Assembly: GCA_013298545.1 (NCBI GenBank)
Contig: JAAFIA010000014.1
Span: 32 to 64,031 of the forward strand
Length of the DNA stretch: 64,000 nt
Direction: 5' to 3'
Origin: Bacteroidota bacterium
GTDB lineage: Bacteria > Bacteroidota > Bacteroidia > Palsa-965
The notes below the pieces were generated by a model. That model was not told the DNA's origin. It was given only the letters and a program-made list of their open reading frames with translations, and did not search any database. Positions 47,782 to 55,827 of this stretch are shown here, piece by piece; the first letter of the stretch is position 1; each line of letters begins with the position of its first letter. The position numbers and the translations under genes are program-made.

Positions 47782-48858
47782 ATGGCCCTTCATTCACAGA
47801 AAAAATATACCGTCGTTGGCCTCATGTCGGGCACCTCGCTTGATGGATTGGATTGTTGTTGTGTTGAATTTACGCAGGTCGATTCGGCATGGTCGTATCA
47901 GCTTCTTGCTGCCGAAACACTTCCTTATACAGCGTTCTGGCAAAATGAATTGGTACAGGCCGAACATCTTTCTGGTCGCGCGTTGATGCGGTTGCATAGC
48001 GCGTATGGACATTACTTGGGCGCATGTGTTCAACAATTTTTGCAGCGTTACCAGTTGCCAAGCCCCGCCCTCATTGCCTCGCACGGCCATACTATTTTTC
48101 ATGAACCGCAACACGCCATGACTTTTCAACTTGGAAGTGGCGCGGCGATTGCGGCGCAAACCAATCTTCCCGTTGTCTCCGATTTTCGCAGCCTCGATGT
48201 GGCCCTTGGCGGACAAGGCGCTCCACTCGTTCCGATTGGCGATCAGATTTTGTTTGGCGATTATGCGGCCTGTCTCAATCTAGGAGGTATTGCGAATATC
48301 TCTTTTCAATACAACCAGAAACGCATAGCGTTTGATTGCTGTGCATGCAATATGATTTTGAATTATTACAGCGAAAAATTGGGACAACCGTTTGACGCGG
48401 CTGGTGCTTGGGCGCGCGAAGGAAATTTGCATGAAAATATGCTGCAACAACTTCAAGGCGTTCCTTATTATGCAAAACCGTTTCCGAAATCATTAGGGAA
48501 AGAAAATGTTTGGACCGAAATTCTCCCGCTGCTCGAAGATGCTAATATTTCGGAGCGCGATTGCTTGCGCACGTTTACCGAACACATTGCGCTTCAGTTG
48601 GCGCATGTATTTCAACAAATTCCAAATCCAGAAAAGGGCGTGTTGATGACTGGTGGCGGCGCTTACAATACATTTTTACGCGAGCGCTTGCATCTGCATT
48701 CCAACGTCAAACAAATCATTCCAGCTAAACAAACCATTGAGTTTAAAGAAGCGTTGATTTTTGCTTGGCTCGGGCTGGCGCGCACATTGGGTTTGACAAA
48801 CACCTTGTCTTCGGTTACGGGTGCGCGGAACGATAGTTCAGGTGGCGCCATGTATTAG
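47782..48858 (+). CDS. anmK: Anhydro-N-acetylmuramic acid kinase
   Basis: ATG at 47782 (MALHSQKKYTVVGLMSGTSLDGLD); AnmK signature. Confidence 0.8.
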   Translation: MALHSQKKYTVVGLMSGTSLDGLDCCCVEFTQVDSAWSYQLLAAETLPYTAFWQNELVQAEHLSGRALMRLHSAYGHYLGACVQQFLQRYQLPSPALIASHGHTIFHEPQHAMTFQLGSGAAIAAQTNLPVVSDFRSLDVALGGQGAPLVPIGDQILFGDYAACLNLGGIANISFQYNQKRIAFDCCACNMILNYYSEKLGQPFDAAGAWAREGNLHENMLQQLQGVPYYAKPFPKSLGKENVWTEILPLLEDANISERDCLRTFTEHIALQLAHVFQQIPNPEKGVLMTGGGAYNTFLRERLHLHSNVKQIIPAKQTIEFKEALIFAWLGLARTLGLTNTLSSVTGARNDSSGGAMY

Positions 48859-48877
48859 TTATAAAACGTAAGGACAC

Positions 48878-48915
48878 AAAAAAAATCCGCATCAATTTAG
48901 GTGCGGATTTTAATT
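48878..48915. terminator. Bidirectional terminator between anmK and the acidic-protein gene
   Basis: aaaaaaaatccgcatc aatttag gtgcggatttt. Confidence 0.5.
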
Positions 48916-48930
48916 TATCTGTGCTATCAA

Positions 48931-49248
48931 TTAGAAACGATCATCGTCAAAAAAATCGTCATCATCGTCGTCTAAGTCGATGTTTCCGAAATCTAAATCT
49001 TTTTCGATTTTGACATTCTTTTCGTCAGAGTCAGACGGGCTATCGTCTTCATCTGGTTTTTCGTAGTCATCATCTTCTTCAGGAAGATCCTCGTCAGATT
49101 CGGTTTCTTCTACTTCATCCGACAAATCATCTTCGTCATCATCTTCTTCGCGCGACTTTTTCGACTTCGATGTTTTTCCCGAAGCGCCTGCGCTGCTTGC
49201 TTTTTTGGAAGCTTCTTTTTTTGGTGTTCCTGATTTTTTCATCGTCAT
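48931..49248 (-). CDS. Small protein with basic N-terminus and extremely acidic C-terminal two-thirds
   Basis: 105-aa ORF with ATG start; residues 1-35 are K/S-rich; residues 36-105 are D/E-rich (SDEVEETESDEDLPEEDDDYEKPDEDD ... DLDDDDDDFFDDDRF). Confidence 0.45.
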   Translation of the reverse strand: MTMKKSGTPKKEASKKASSAGASGKTSKSKKSREEDDDEDDLSDEVEETESDEDLPEEDDDYEKPDEDDSPSDSDEKNVKIEKDLDFGNIDLDDDDDDFFDDDRF

Positions 49249-49394
49249 GACATTATTCTTGACGGTTTAAAATTAAAAATGTTTTTTGAATTGAATCGAA
49301 TTGCAAGTTTAAAAAAGTTTTTTTCATTACGAAAAAATAAAAATGCCTATTGGGGCAAATGGGTTTTGTACTTTTGCGGCTTATTCTAACAATC

Positions 49395-50615
49395 ATGAAA
49401 GACTTACTTGCCGCATACGAATACAAACGCCCTGAAATTGTTTTTGAATGGAAAGATGCAGAAACGGAAGCTGAAGGTTGGATTGTGATTAATTCGTTGC
49501 GCGGTGGCGCGGCGGGTGGGGGCACGCGCATGCGTAAAGGCTTGGACAGACGCGAAGTAGAATCGCTCGCCAAGACCATGGAAGTGAAATTTACAGTTTC
49601 AGGCCCAGCGATTGGTGGTGCAAAATCGGGCATCAATTTCGATCCCGCCGACCCACGCAAAAAAGGCGTTCTCGAACGTTGGTTCAAAGCCGTTACACCC
49701 ATTCTGAAAAATTATTACGGCACAGGTGGCGATCTCAACGTGGACGAAGTACATGATGTTATTCCAATTACCGAATCGTATGGCTTGCTTCACCCACAAG
49801 AAGGCGTTGTGCGTGGCCATTTTGGCGCAGATGCTGCTTCTGCCGCAAAAAAAATAGAACAACTCCGCGAAGGCGTTTCGAAACGTGTTGACGATTTACG
49901 TTATGTTCCCAAGGCAGGATACTTGGTGGCCGATATGATTACGGGTTGGGGAGTGGCCGAATCGGTGCGTCATTATTACGAAGTATATGGAGGAGCCGTT
50001 GCTGGGAAACGTGTTATTATTCAAGGTTGGGGCAATGTTGCCTCCGCCGCAGCTTATTATTTAGCACAGCAAGGCGCAAAAATCACAGGCATCATCGATC
50101 GCGATGGTGGTTTGATTAATGCCAACGGATTCTCTTTTGAAGAGATCACAACACTTTTTGTTAACAAACAAGGCAATAAGCTTGCTGCCGAAAATTTATT
50201 GTCGCAATCAGAAATTCAAGAACGCGTTTGGAGTTGTGGCGCAGAAGTGTTTATTCCGGCTGCCGCTTCTCGTCTGGTTACCCGCGAACAGGTGGACGCC
50301 ATGATTGCTGGTGGATTGGAAGTGATTGCTTGTGGTGCAAACGTTCCTTTTGCAGACAAAGAAATTTTCTTTGGACCGATTGGCGAATACACCGACGAGA
50401 AAGTAAGTGTTGTTCCAGATTTTATTGCCAACTGTGGCATGGCTCGTGTGTTTGCTTACCTCATGCAAGACAGTATTACCATTTCTGACGAAGCCATTTT
50501 TACCGATGTTTCACAAACGATCCGTAAAGGAATTGAGCAAACACATGCCGCAAGTCCAGCAAAAACAAACATTGCAAAAACTGGTTTTGGAATTGCGTTG
50601 AAGCAATTGGTGTAG
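49395..50615 (+). CDS. Glu/Leu/Phe/Val-family amino-acid dehydrogenase (glutamate dehydrogenase-like)
   Basis: ATG at 49395 (MKDLLAAYEYK...); GGAAGGGTRM..., the catalytic-Lys region (FTVSGPAIGGAKSGINFDP) and an NAD(P) Rossmann segment (IQGWGNVASAAAYYL). Confidence 0.75.
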   Translation: MKDLLAAYEYKRPEIVFEWKDAETEAEGWIVINSLRGGAAGGGTRMRKGLDRREVESLAKTMEVKFTVSGPAIGGAKSGINFDPADPRKKGVLERWFKAVTPILKNYYGTGGDLNVDEVHDVIPITESYGLLHPQEGVVRGHFGADAASAAKKIEQLREGVSKRVDDLRYVPKAGYLVADMITGWGVAESVRHYYEVYGGAVAGKRVIIQGWGNVASAAAYYLAQQGAKITGIIDRDGGLINANGFSFEEITTLFVNKQGNKLAAENLLSQSEIQERVWSCGAEVFIPAAASRLVTREQVDAMIAGGLEVIACGANVPFADKEIFFGPIGEYTDEKVSVVPDFIANCGMARVFAYLMQDSITISDEAIFTDVSQTIRKGIEQTHAASPAKTNIAKTGFGIALKQLV

Positions 50616-50826
50616 CGGAAATTTTCAAGTACCCAAAAGAACGGTATAAATCCACAGGCGTTTTTGAGTTTCTAAAAACAAATGTGTTTACACAGCGCAC
50701 AACTCCCCACCTGCGCGAAAGCCTGTGTGGTCTCATGTCTAGCGTCTCACGTCTAAAAAAAACGAGCGCAGCGAGTTCATAATACTAAAATCATCCAAGC
50801 CTCAACCGTGAAGAAATTTGTGCATT

Positions 50827-50868
50827 TGGAACTTGGAACTTGGAACTTGAAATTTGGAACTTGAATTT
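50827..50868. repeat. Short tandem repeat (GGAACTT x3, degenerate x2-3)
   Basis: ttggaacttggaacttggaacttgaaatttggaacttgaattt in a roughly 520-bp non-coding region. Confidence 0.8.
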
Positions 50869-51142
50869 CACTTTCTCAACCACTTACTTTTTCATTCATA
50901 CCACTTATCAAAGCATGGCCACCTCGCTATAACATTTCTGTTTTCTTTGCGTTCAAGCAATCAGAAACCTATTCCTGCCGCTACGCATGATCTGAAAATT
51001 ACACTGTAACTGTCTTTTCCCAAACGTGTTCCGAATACACTTTCATCCCAAGTGTTTTCAAACTCCCCAAACACGCCGACACATTCCCACAGTGCAGCAA
51101 TGTCTTTTGAAACTGCAGCTCAAAGACAAACTAGTTCAGATA

Positions 51143-51979
51143 ATGTCTAACCTAACACAAAAACTCGATCGTATGGAAACGAACCTCGTTCTTTCCCCCA
51201 GTTTCAATGAACTGGTCTTCGAACAACGGCATAAGGAATATGGTGCTTATAAACTGCGTCGCACCTATCACCGCCGCGTACTCTCTTCACTCCTTGTTGC
51301 AACCACCTCTTTTGGTCTTGCCATTGGTCTCTTCTTCGCACTTCAGCAACCCGCCGAAGCAAAAATGCCGGCTATGAAAAATGATGGAGGTATTATTATC
51401 GACATCATCAAGCCTGATGAGCCTAAATCCGAAGAGCCAAAACCAAAAGTAGAACAACCGCAAACGCCCCCCGCCCCCAAAGCCCCCGAGGCACAACCCG
51501 AACTCACCGTTCCGGTTGTTACCACTCAACCTGTGATTACACCTCCACCAACAAATAATGGTGCAGGCGGAAATCCAAAAGGCCAAGATGGCGGCACCGG
51601 AACCGATACAACAGGTAAAGTTATAACAAACCCTTGTATCGATTGCCCTCCTACTGATCCGCCACTCGTTAAACCCGAAATTCCAACTTGGGTAGAGGAA
51701 ATGCCGTTTAGTAATATTGCCGATGCGCACATCAAAAAGAATACGGTTTATCCCGAATTCGAGCGCGCACGCGGTACACAAGGAACAGTTTTCATTCAGT
51801 TCATTGTGCGTAAAGATGGAACACTCGATGACTTCAAAGTCGCCAAAGGCGTTAGCCCTGCGCTCGACCGCGAAGCATTGCGCGTAGCCAAATCAATGCC
51901 CAATTGGAATCCCGGCAAGCAAAACGGACACGAAGTGGACGTGATTTGCACCAAACCCATCGCGTTTAAGCTGAGATAA
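51143..51979 (+). CDS. tonB: Energy transducer TonB (proline-rich spacer, TonB C-terminal domain)
   Basis: ATG at 51143. N-terminal TM; Pro-rich EPKPKVEQPQTPPAPKAPEAQPE; C-terminal TonB fold segment (QGTVFIQFIVRKDGTLDDFKVAKGVSPALDREALRVAKSMPNWNPGKQNG). Confidence 0.7.
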   Translation: MSNLTQKLDRMETNLVLSPSFNELVFEQRHKEYGAYKLRRTYHRRVLSSLLVATTSFGLAIGLFFALQQPAEAKMPAMKNDGGIIIDIIKPDEPKSEEPKPKVEQPQTPPAPKAPEAQPELTVPVVTTQPVITPPPTNNGAGGNPKGQDGGTGTDTTGKVITNPCIDCPPTDPPLVKPEIPTWVEEMPFSNIADAHIKKNTVYPEFERARGTQGTVFIQFIVRKDGTLDDFKVAKGVSPALDREALRVAKSMPNWNPGKQNGHEVDVICTKPIAFKLR

Positions 51980-52014
51980 ATTACCGCTTATTTCACCTTG
52001 AAGATTCGCGCGAC

Positions 52015-52115
52015 GGCCCGTAAATACTAGTCTTCGGGCCGGAAAGGCTCTCGGGATTCACATACACGTGTTGAAAAAGGTTCAGGGCCCCTTCCCGGGG
52101 GCCTTTCGTTTTAGA
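52015..52115 (+). terminator. Two GC-rich hairpins (ggcccg...cgggcc and gggcccc ttcc cgggggcc plus a T-rich tail) between tonB and exbB
   Basis: Stable stems read directly; the second is followed by tttcgtttt. Could be a terminator/attenuator or a small structured RNA. Confidence 0.4.
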
Positions 52116-52163
52116 GATACTTTCGTATGATTATCTGCGTTCTTAAATCTAAACAACCTTCAC

Positions 52164-52952
52164 ATGATTCGTCGTGTTCTCGTTTCCCTCTTCGCCATCT
52201 TGTTTTCAGTTACCATGCTGAATGCACAAAATGCCGACTCTGCTCAGAAAGCTGCCGCCAATGGCATTCAAAATCCGAATGCGCAAGTTGTGCAGCCGCA
52301 AACACCAACAGCCGAGCCACAAATTGATGTGCAAAAACTATCGCCAATCGATGTCATCATGCTCGGTGGCTGGGTGATGATTCCACTCGTCATCTTTTTA
52401 CTACTCGTGATTTTTTATGCCGTAGAACGAACCATCGTCATTTCCAAAGCCGGAAAATTCGACCGCAATTTCATGAACAACATCCGCGACTATTTACACA
52501 GTGGCCGCATTGATGCTGCGCGTGAATTTTGCCGTACCTCCAACACACCCGTTTCCCGTGTCATTGAAAAAGGAATCAGCCGCCTCGGTAAAAAAACAGA
52601 AGAAGTGCAAGATGCCATGGAAACAGCCGGACGCATCGAAATCACACGCGTCGAGAAAAATCTCCATGTGCTTGGATTGATTTCTAAAATTGCACCCATG
52701 CTCGGGTTCATTGGTACGATCATTGGCGTTGTTACCATCTTCTACGACATTTCACTCTCTGGTGACATTGCCATCAAAACAATTTCTGGTGGTTTGTATC
52801 AGAAAATGGTTTCGAGTGGTGCCGGACTTGTTGTGGGTGTTCTGGCTTTCGTTGGTTACCACTTGCTCAATACCCGTATCGACCGCGTTGCTTCACAAAT
52901 CGAACGCACCAGTTTAGAATTTATCGACCTCATCAGTGAGCCTGGTAAATAA
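52164..52952 (+). CDS. exbB: MotA/TolQ/ExbB proton-channel protein with N-terminal periplasmic extension
   Basis: Three TM segments and the conserved C-terminal region (GLISKIAPMLGFIGTIIGVV ... GGLYQKMVSSGAGLVVGV). Confidence 0.85.
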   Translation: MIRRVLVSLFAILFSVTMLNAQNADSAQKAAANGIQNPNAQVVQPQTPTAEPQIDVQKLSPIDVIMLGGWVMIPLVIFLLLVIFYAVERTIVISKAGKFDRNFMNNIRDYLHSGRIDAAREFCRTSNTPVSRVIEKGISRLGKKTEEVQDAMETAGRIEITRVEKNLHVLGLISKIAPMLGFIGTIIGVVTIFYDISLSGDIAIKTISGGLYQKMVSSGAGLVVGVLAFVGYHLLNTRIDRVASQIERTSLEFIDLISEPGK

Positions 52953-52987
52953 TTTTTCTGATCGTTCGTTTTAAAAAACACATCATC

Positions 52988-53386
52988 ATGAATCTTCGTC
53001 GCCGTCATCGCGAAAGTGCAGAGGTCTTTACCGAATCGTTAAACGACATCATGTTTTTTCTGTTGTTGTTTTTCATCATCATCTCGACACTCGCTAATCC
53101 GAATGTGATCAAACTCAATTTGCCGAGTTCGGTTACCACAACACAGGTTACCAATTCGCGCGTAACCTTGCAGGTTGACGGAAACGGAAATTATTTCATC
53201 AACAACTATCCCGTTCCGTTCGATCAACTCGAAATCGCATTAGCCGCCGAGACCAAAGCAAAGAATACCGAAAGTGTTATCCTTGCGCTCGACAAATCGT
53301 TGACCATTCAAGACTTGGCCGATGTGATGCAGATTGGTAGCAAGCTCAAACTCAAGATGGTACTCAATGCAAAATCCATCAATTAA
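52988..53386 (+). CDS. exbD: Biopolymer transport protein ExbD/TolR
   Basis: 132 aa; N-terminal TM (LNDIMFFLLLFFIIIST) followed by the periplasmic ExbD domain. Confidence 0.85.
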   Translation: MNLRRRHRESAEVFTESLNDIMFFLLLFFIIISTLANPNVIKLNLPSSVTTTQVTNSRVTLQVDGNGNYFINNYPVPFDQLEIALAAETKAKNTESVILALDKSLTIQDLADVMQIGSKLKLKMVLNAKSIN

Positions 53387-53508
53387 ACGAAATCGATTTA
53401 TACATTCCATTAGTTGATACAACAAATACCTGCAACAGGCCGTTACTAGTAAGCATTGCTGCTGAATCAATGCCACACAAAAACGCTAACGGTAAAAACA
53501 CACGACAC

Positions 53509-54354
53509 ATGGAAACGCTGATTCTGAGTAGAGACGAACGCCAAGCCAAACTTGGAGCATGGATTGTAACAGGTTGTGTTACGGCAATTTTATTCCTGTT
53601 TCTTTTTTTCTGGACTATCATCACACCCATTCCGCCGCTTCCGCCAAACATGGATGCACCCGAAATCACATTTGATTTTACAGGTTCTACTGGAACAGGT
53701 TCACCCGATGCAGGTGGAAGTTCGCTCGGCGAAACAGGCGATCCTGGCGCTGCTGCCGATGGCGGCAATCAAATTCCTGAACCACAACCAAACGTTGCAG
53801 ATAACAATGCGGTAACAGACGACAATAACGACAATCCCGCAGCACCCAAAGGAAACAACACCAAACCAAGCGATAAACCTGCGGTAAATCCCTTGCTCCA
53901 AAAATTGCTCGACAATTCCAAGAAGAACAAAGGCAAAGCAACCGTAACCATGAGTGGCGGCGGCCAGGGCGATGATCCGTACAATTCGGGTGCAGGTGGC
54001 AAAGATGGGCCGGGCGTGGGCGAAGGAAATGATCCAGGGCGCGAAGGAAGTGGTGATACAGGTAATGGTGGCAAAGGCGGTAAAGATGGCAAAGGAAGTG
54101 GCCGCCGCATTGTTTCGCAACCCGAATTTGTCAACCCCACACAAGAAGAAGGAAAAGTCCGTATCAAACTTACCATCAACCGCGAAGGCAAAGTGGTGGG
54201 AACACCAAGTGTTGTAACCGAAGGTACAACCACCAGCAACAATATCCTCCGCGCTACCGCCACGCAAAAAGGCAAACAAATTGTCTTCAATGCTGCGCCA
54301 AATGATCCAGAAACTGTTTCTTTATTCATCACCATCGACTTCACGCTCAAGTGA
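53509..54354 (+). CDS. TonB-like/Gly-rich periplasmic protein (probable second TonB-family protein of the exbBD cluster)
   Basis: TM anchor; Pro-rich then Gly/Asp-rich low-complexity region; C-terminal about 90 aa TonB-C-like (GKVRIKLTINREGKVVG...). Start uncertain (53470 or 53509). The stop overlaps the folC GTG start. Confidence 0.5.
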   Translation: METLILSRDERQAKLGAWIVTGCVTAILFLFLFFWTIITPIPPLPPNMDAPEITFDFTGSTGTGSPDAGGSSLGETGDPGAAADGGNQIPEPQPNVADNNAVTDDNNDNPAAPKGNNTKPSDKPAVNPLLQKLLDNSKKNKGKATVTMSGGGQGDDPYNSGAGGKDGPGVGEGNDPGREGSGDTGNGGKGGKDGKGSGRRIVSQPEFVNPTQEEGKVRIKLTINREGKVVGTPSVVTEGTTTSNNILRATATQKGKQIVFNAAPNDPETVSLFITIDFTLK

Positions 54355-55640
54355 CCTACAAGCAAACGCTCGATTATTTATATACGCAACTGCCGATGTT
54401 TCAACGCATCGGCGTTGCTGCTTATAAAGCCGATCTCAATAATACGCTTGCGATATGCAAAGCACTCGACAATCCCGAAAAAAAATTTCGGAGCATTCAC
54501 ATCGCCGGAACAAACGGCAAAGGATCGACCTCGCATCTACTCGCCGCAATTTTGCAGAAAGCCGGATATAAAACCGGTCTTTACACATCGCCGCACCTCA
54601 AAGATTTCCGCGAACGGATCCGCATCAACGGAAAAATGATTCCGCAAAAAAACATCATTCATTTTGTGGCCGATCACCGCAAGACGTTTGAAAAAATTGA
54701 ACCTTCTTTTTTTGAATGGACGGTTGGTTTAGCATTCGATTATTTTGCAAACGAAAAAGTTGACATTGCGGTCATCGAAACAGGGCTTGGTGGAAGGCTC
54801 GATTCCACCAACGTCATTGTTCCCGAATTGAGTATCATTACCAACATCAGTTTCGATCATGTCAACTTGCTTGGCAATACCTTGCAAAAAATTGCTACCG
54901 AAAAAGCGGGCATCATCAAACGCCAAGTTCCGGTTGTGATTGGTGAAACACAAAAAGAAATTCAATCCGTTTTTTTGCAAAAAGCCCGCGCACAAAAAGC
55001 CCCGCTCGTTTTTGCCGATCAAGAAATTCGCGTCAGCAACATCAAGCACACGCCCACATTTCCGCCCGAACTCACCTGTGATGTGAGTGGATGGAATAAG
55101 TTGGCCAAATTGCGTTGTGCTTTGCCCGGCATGTATCAGCGAAAAAATATCGCAACCGTTCTCGCGGCAGTCGAAGAATTGAACGATGCCGGATTCAAAA
55201 TCTCCGAACAAGCCATCCGCGCCGGATTTCGCGAAGTCAAAAAAATTACGGGCTTGCGTGGCCGTTGGGAAATACTTTCCCGCAAACCGCTCACCATCGC
55301 CGATACAGGCCACAACGAATCAGGCATCCAAGAAATTTTAGCACAACTCAAACGCACACCACATAAAAATTTGCACATTGTTTTAGGTGTTGTAAACGAT
55401 AAAGACATTTCCAAAATTCTCAGCCTCTTACCCAAAAAAGCAAGTTATTATTTCTGCCAAGCAAAAATTCCACGCGCCTTGGATAAAAACGAATTGCAAG
55501 AAAAAGCAGTTGCTGTTGGCTTAAAAGGAAATACCTACGCATCAGTAAAAATGGCACTCAAAAACGCACAAGCACAAGCCGCCTCCGGCGATTTGGTGTT
55601 TGTGGGTGGAAGTACATTTGTTGTGGCAGAAGTGGTTTGA
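54351..55640 (+). CDS. folC: Bifunctional folylpolyglutamate synthase/dihydrofolate synthase
   Basis: Mur-ligase-like P-loop HIAGTNGKGST; N-terminus TYKQTLDYLYTQLPMFQRIG is typical of FolC; apparent GTG start. Confidence 0.8.
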   Translation: MTYKQTLDYLYTQLPMFQRIGVAAYKADLNNTLAICKALDNPEKKFRSIHIAGTNGKGSTSHLLAAILQKAGYKTGLYTSPHLKDFRERIRINGKMIPQKNIIHFVADHRKTFEKIEPSFFEWTVGLAFDYFANEKVDIAVIETGLGGRLDSTNVIVPELSIITNISFDHVNLLGNTLQKIATEKAGIIKRQVPVVIGETQKEIQSVFLQKARAQKAPLVFADQEIRVSNIKHTPTFPPELTCDVSGWNKLAKLRCALPGMYQRKNIATVLAAVEELNDAGFKISEQAIRAGFREVKKITGLRGRWEILSRKPLTIADTGHNESGIQEILAQLKRTPHKNLHIVLGVVNDKDISKILSLLPKKASYYFCQAKIPRALDKNELQEKAVAVGLKGNTYASVKMALKNAQAQAASGDLVFVGGSTFVVAEVV

Positions 55641-55776
55641 GGTGTTGGAGCGTAACATTGCAGCAATACATAACCAATGCTCCCGCCTTCGCCTCGTCTT
55701 TGCTAGCGGCACAAATCTTCCCGCTCCTCCGGCTCAGTCGGGGCTAGTTCCATGACAACCACACCACAAAAAGCAT

Positions 55777-55809
55777 AAAAAAAACCGGATACAAACGCAT
55801 CCGGTTTTT
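55777..55809. terminator. Bidirectional rho-independent terminator between folC and the convergent T9SS gene
   Basis: aaaaaaaaccggat acaaacgc atccggttttt. Confidence 0.6.
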
Positions 55810-55827
55810 AGTTGATAGATCAACTAC

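Noticed and set aside
50827-50868. Possible CRISPR-like or IS terminal repeat
   Set aside because: Only a 7-bp unit repeated contiguously without spacers; no cas genes or transposase nearby; classified as a simple tandem repeat.
51287-51781. 164-aa minus ORF and Gly/Ser-rich small ORFs opposite tonB
   Set aside because: Arise from the Pro-rich (GC-rich codon) spacer of tonB read on the other strand.
53701-54365. 192- and 198-aa minus ORFs opposite the Gly-rich TonB-like gene
   Set aside because: Low-complexity antisense translations of a Gly/Asp-rich coding region (Pro/Leu/Ser-rich); the plus-strand gene has a TM anchor and a TonB-C-like end.
54729-55313. 194-aa minus ORF inside folC
   Set aside because: Antisense to folC, which has the canonical GTNGKGST P-loop.
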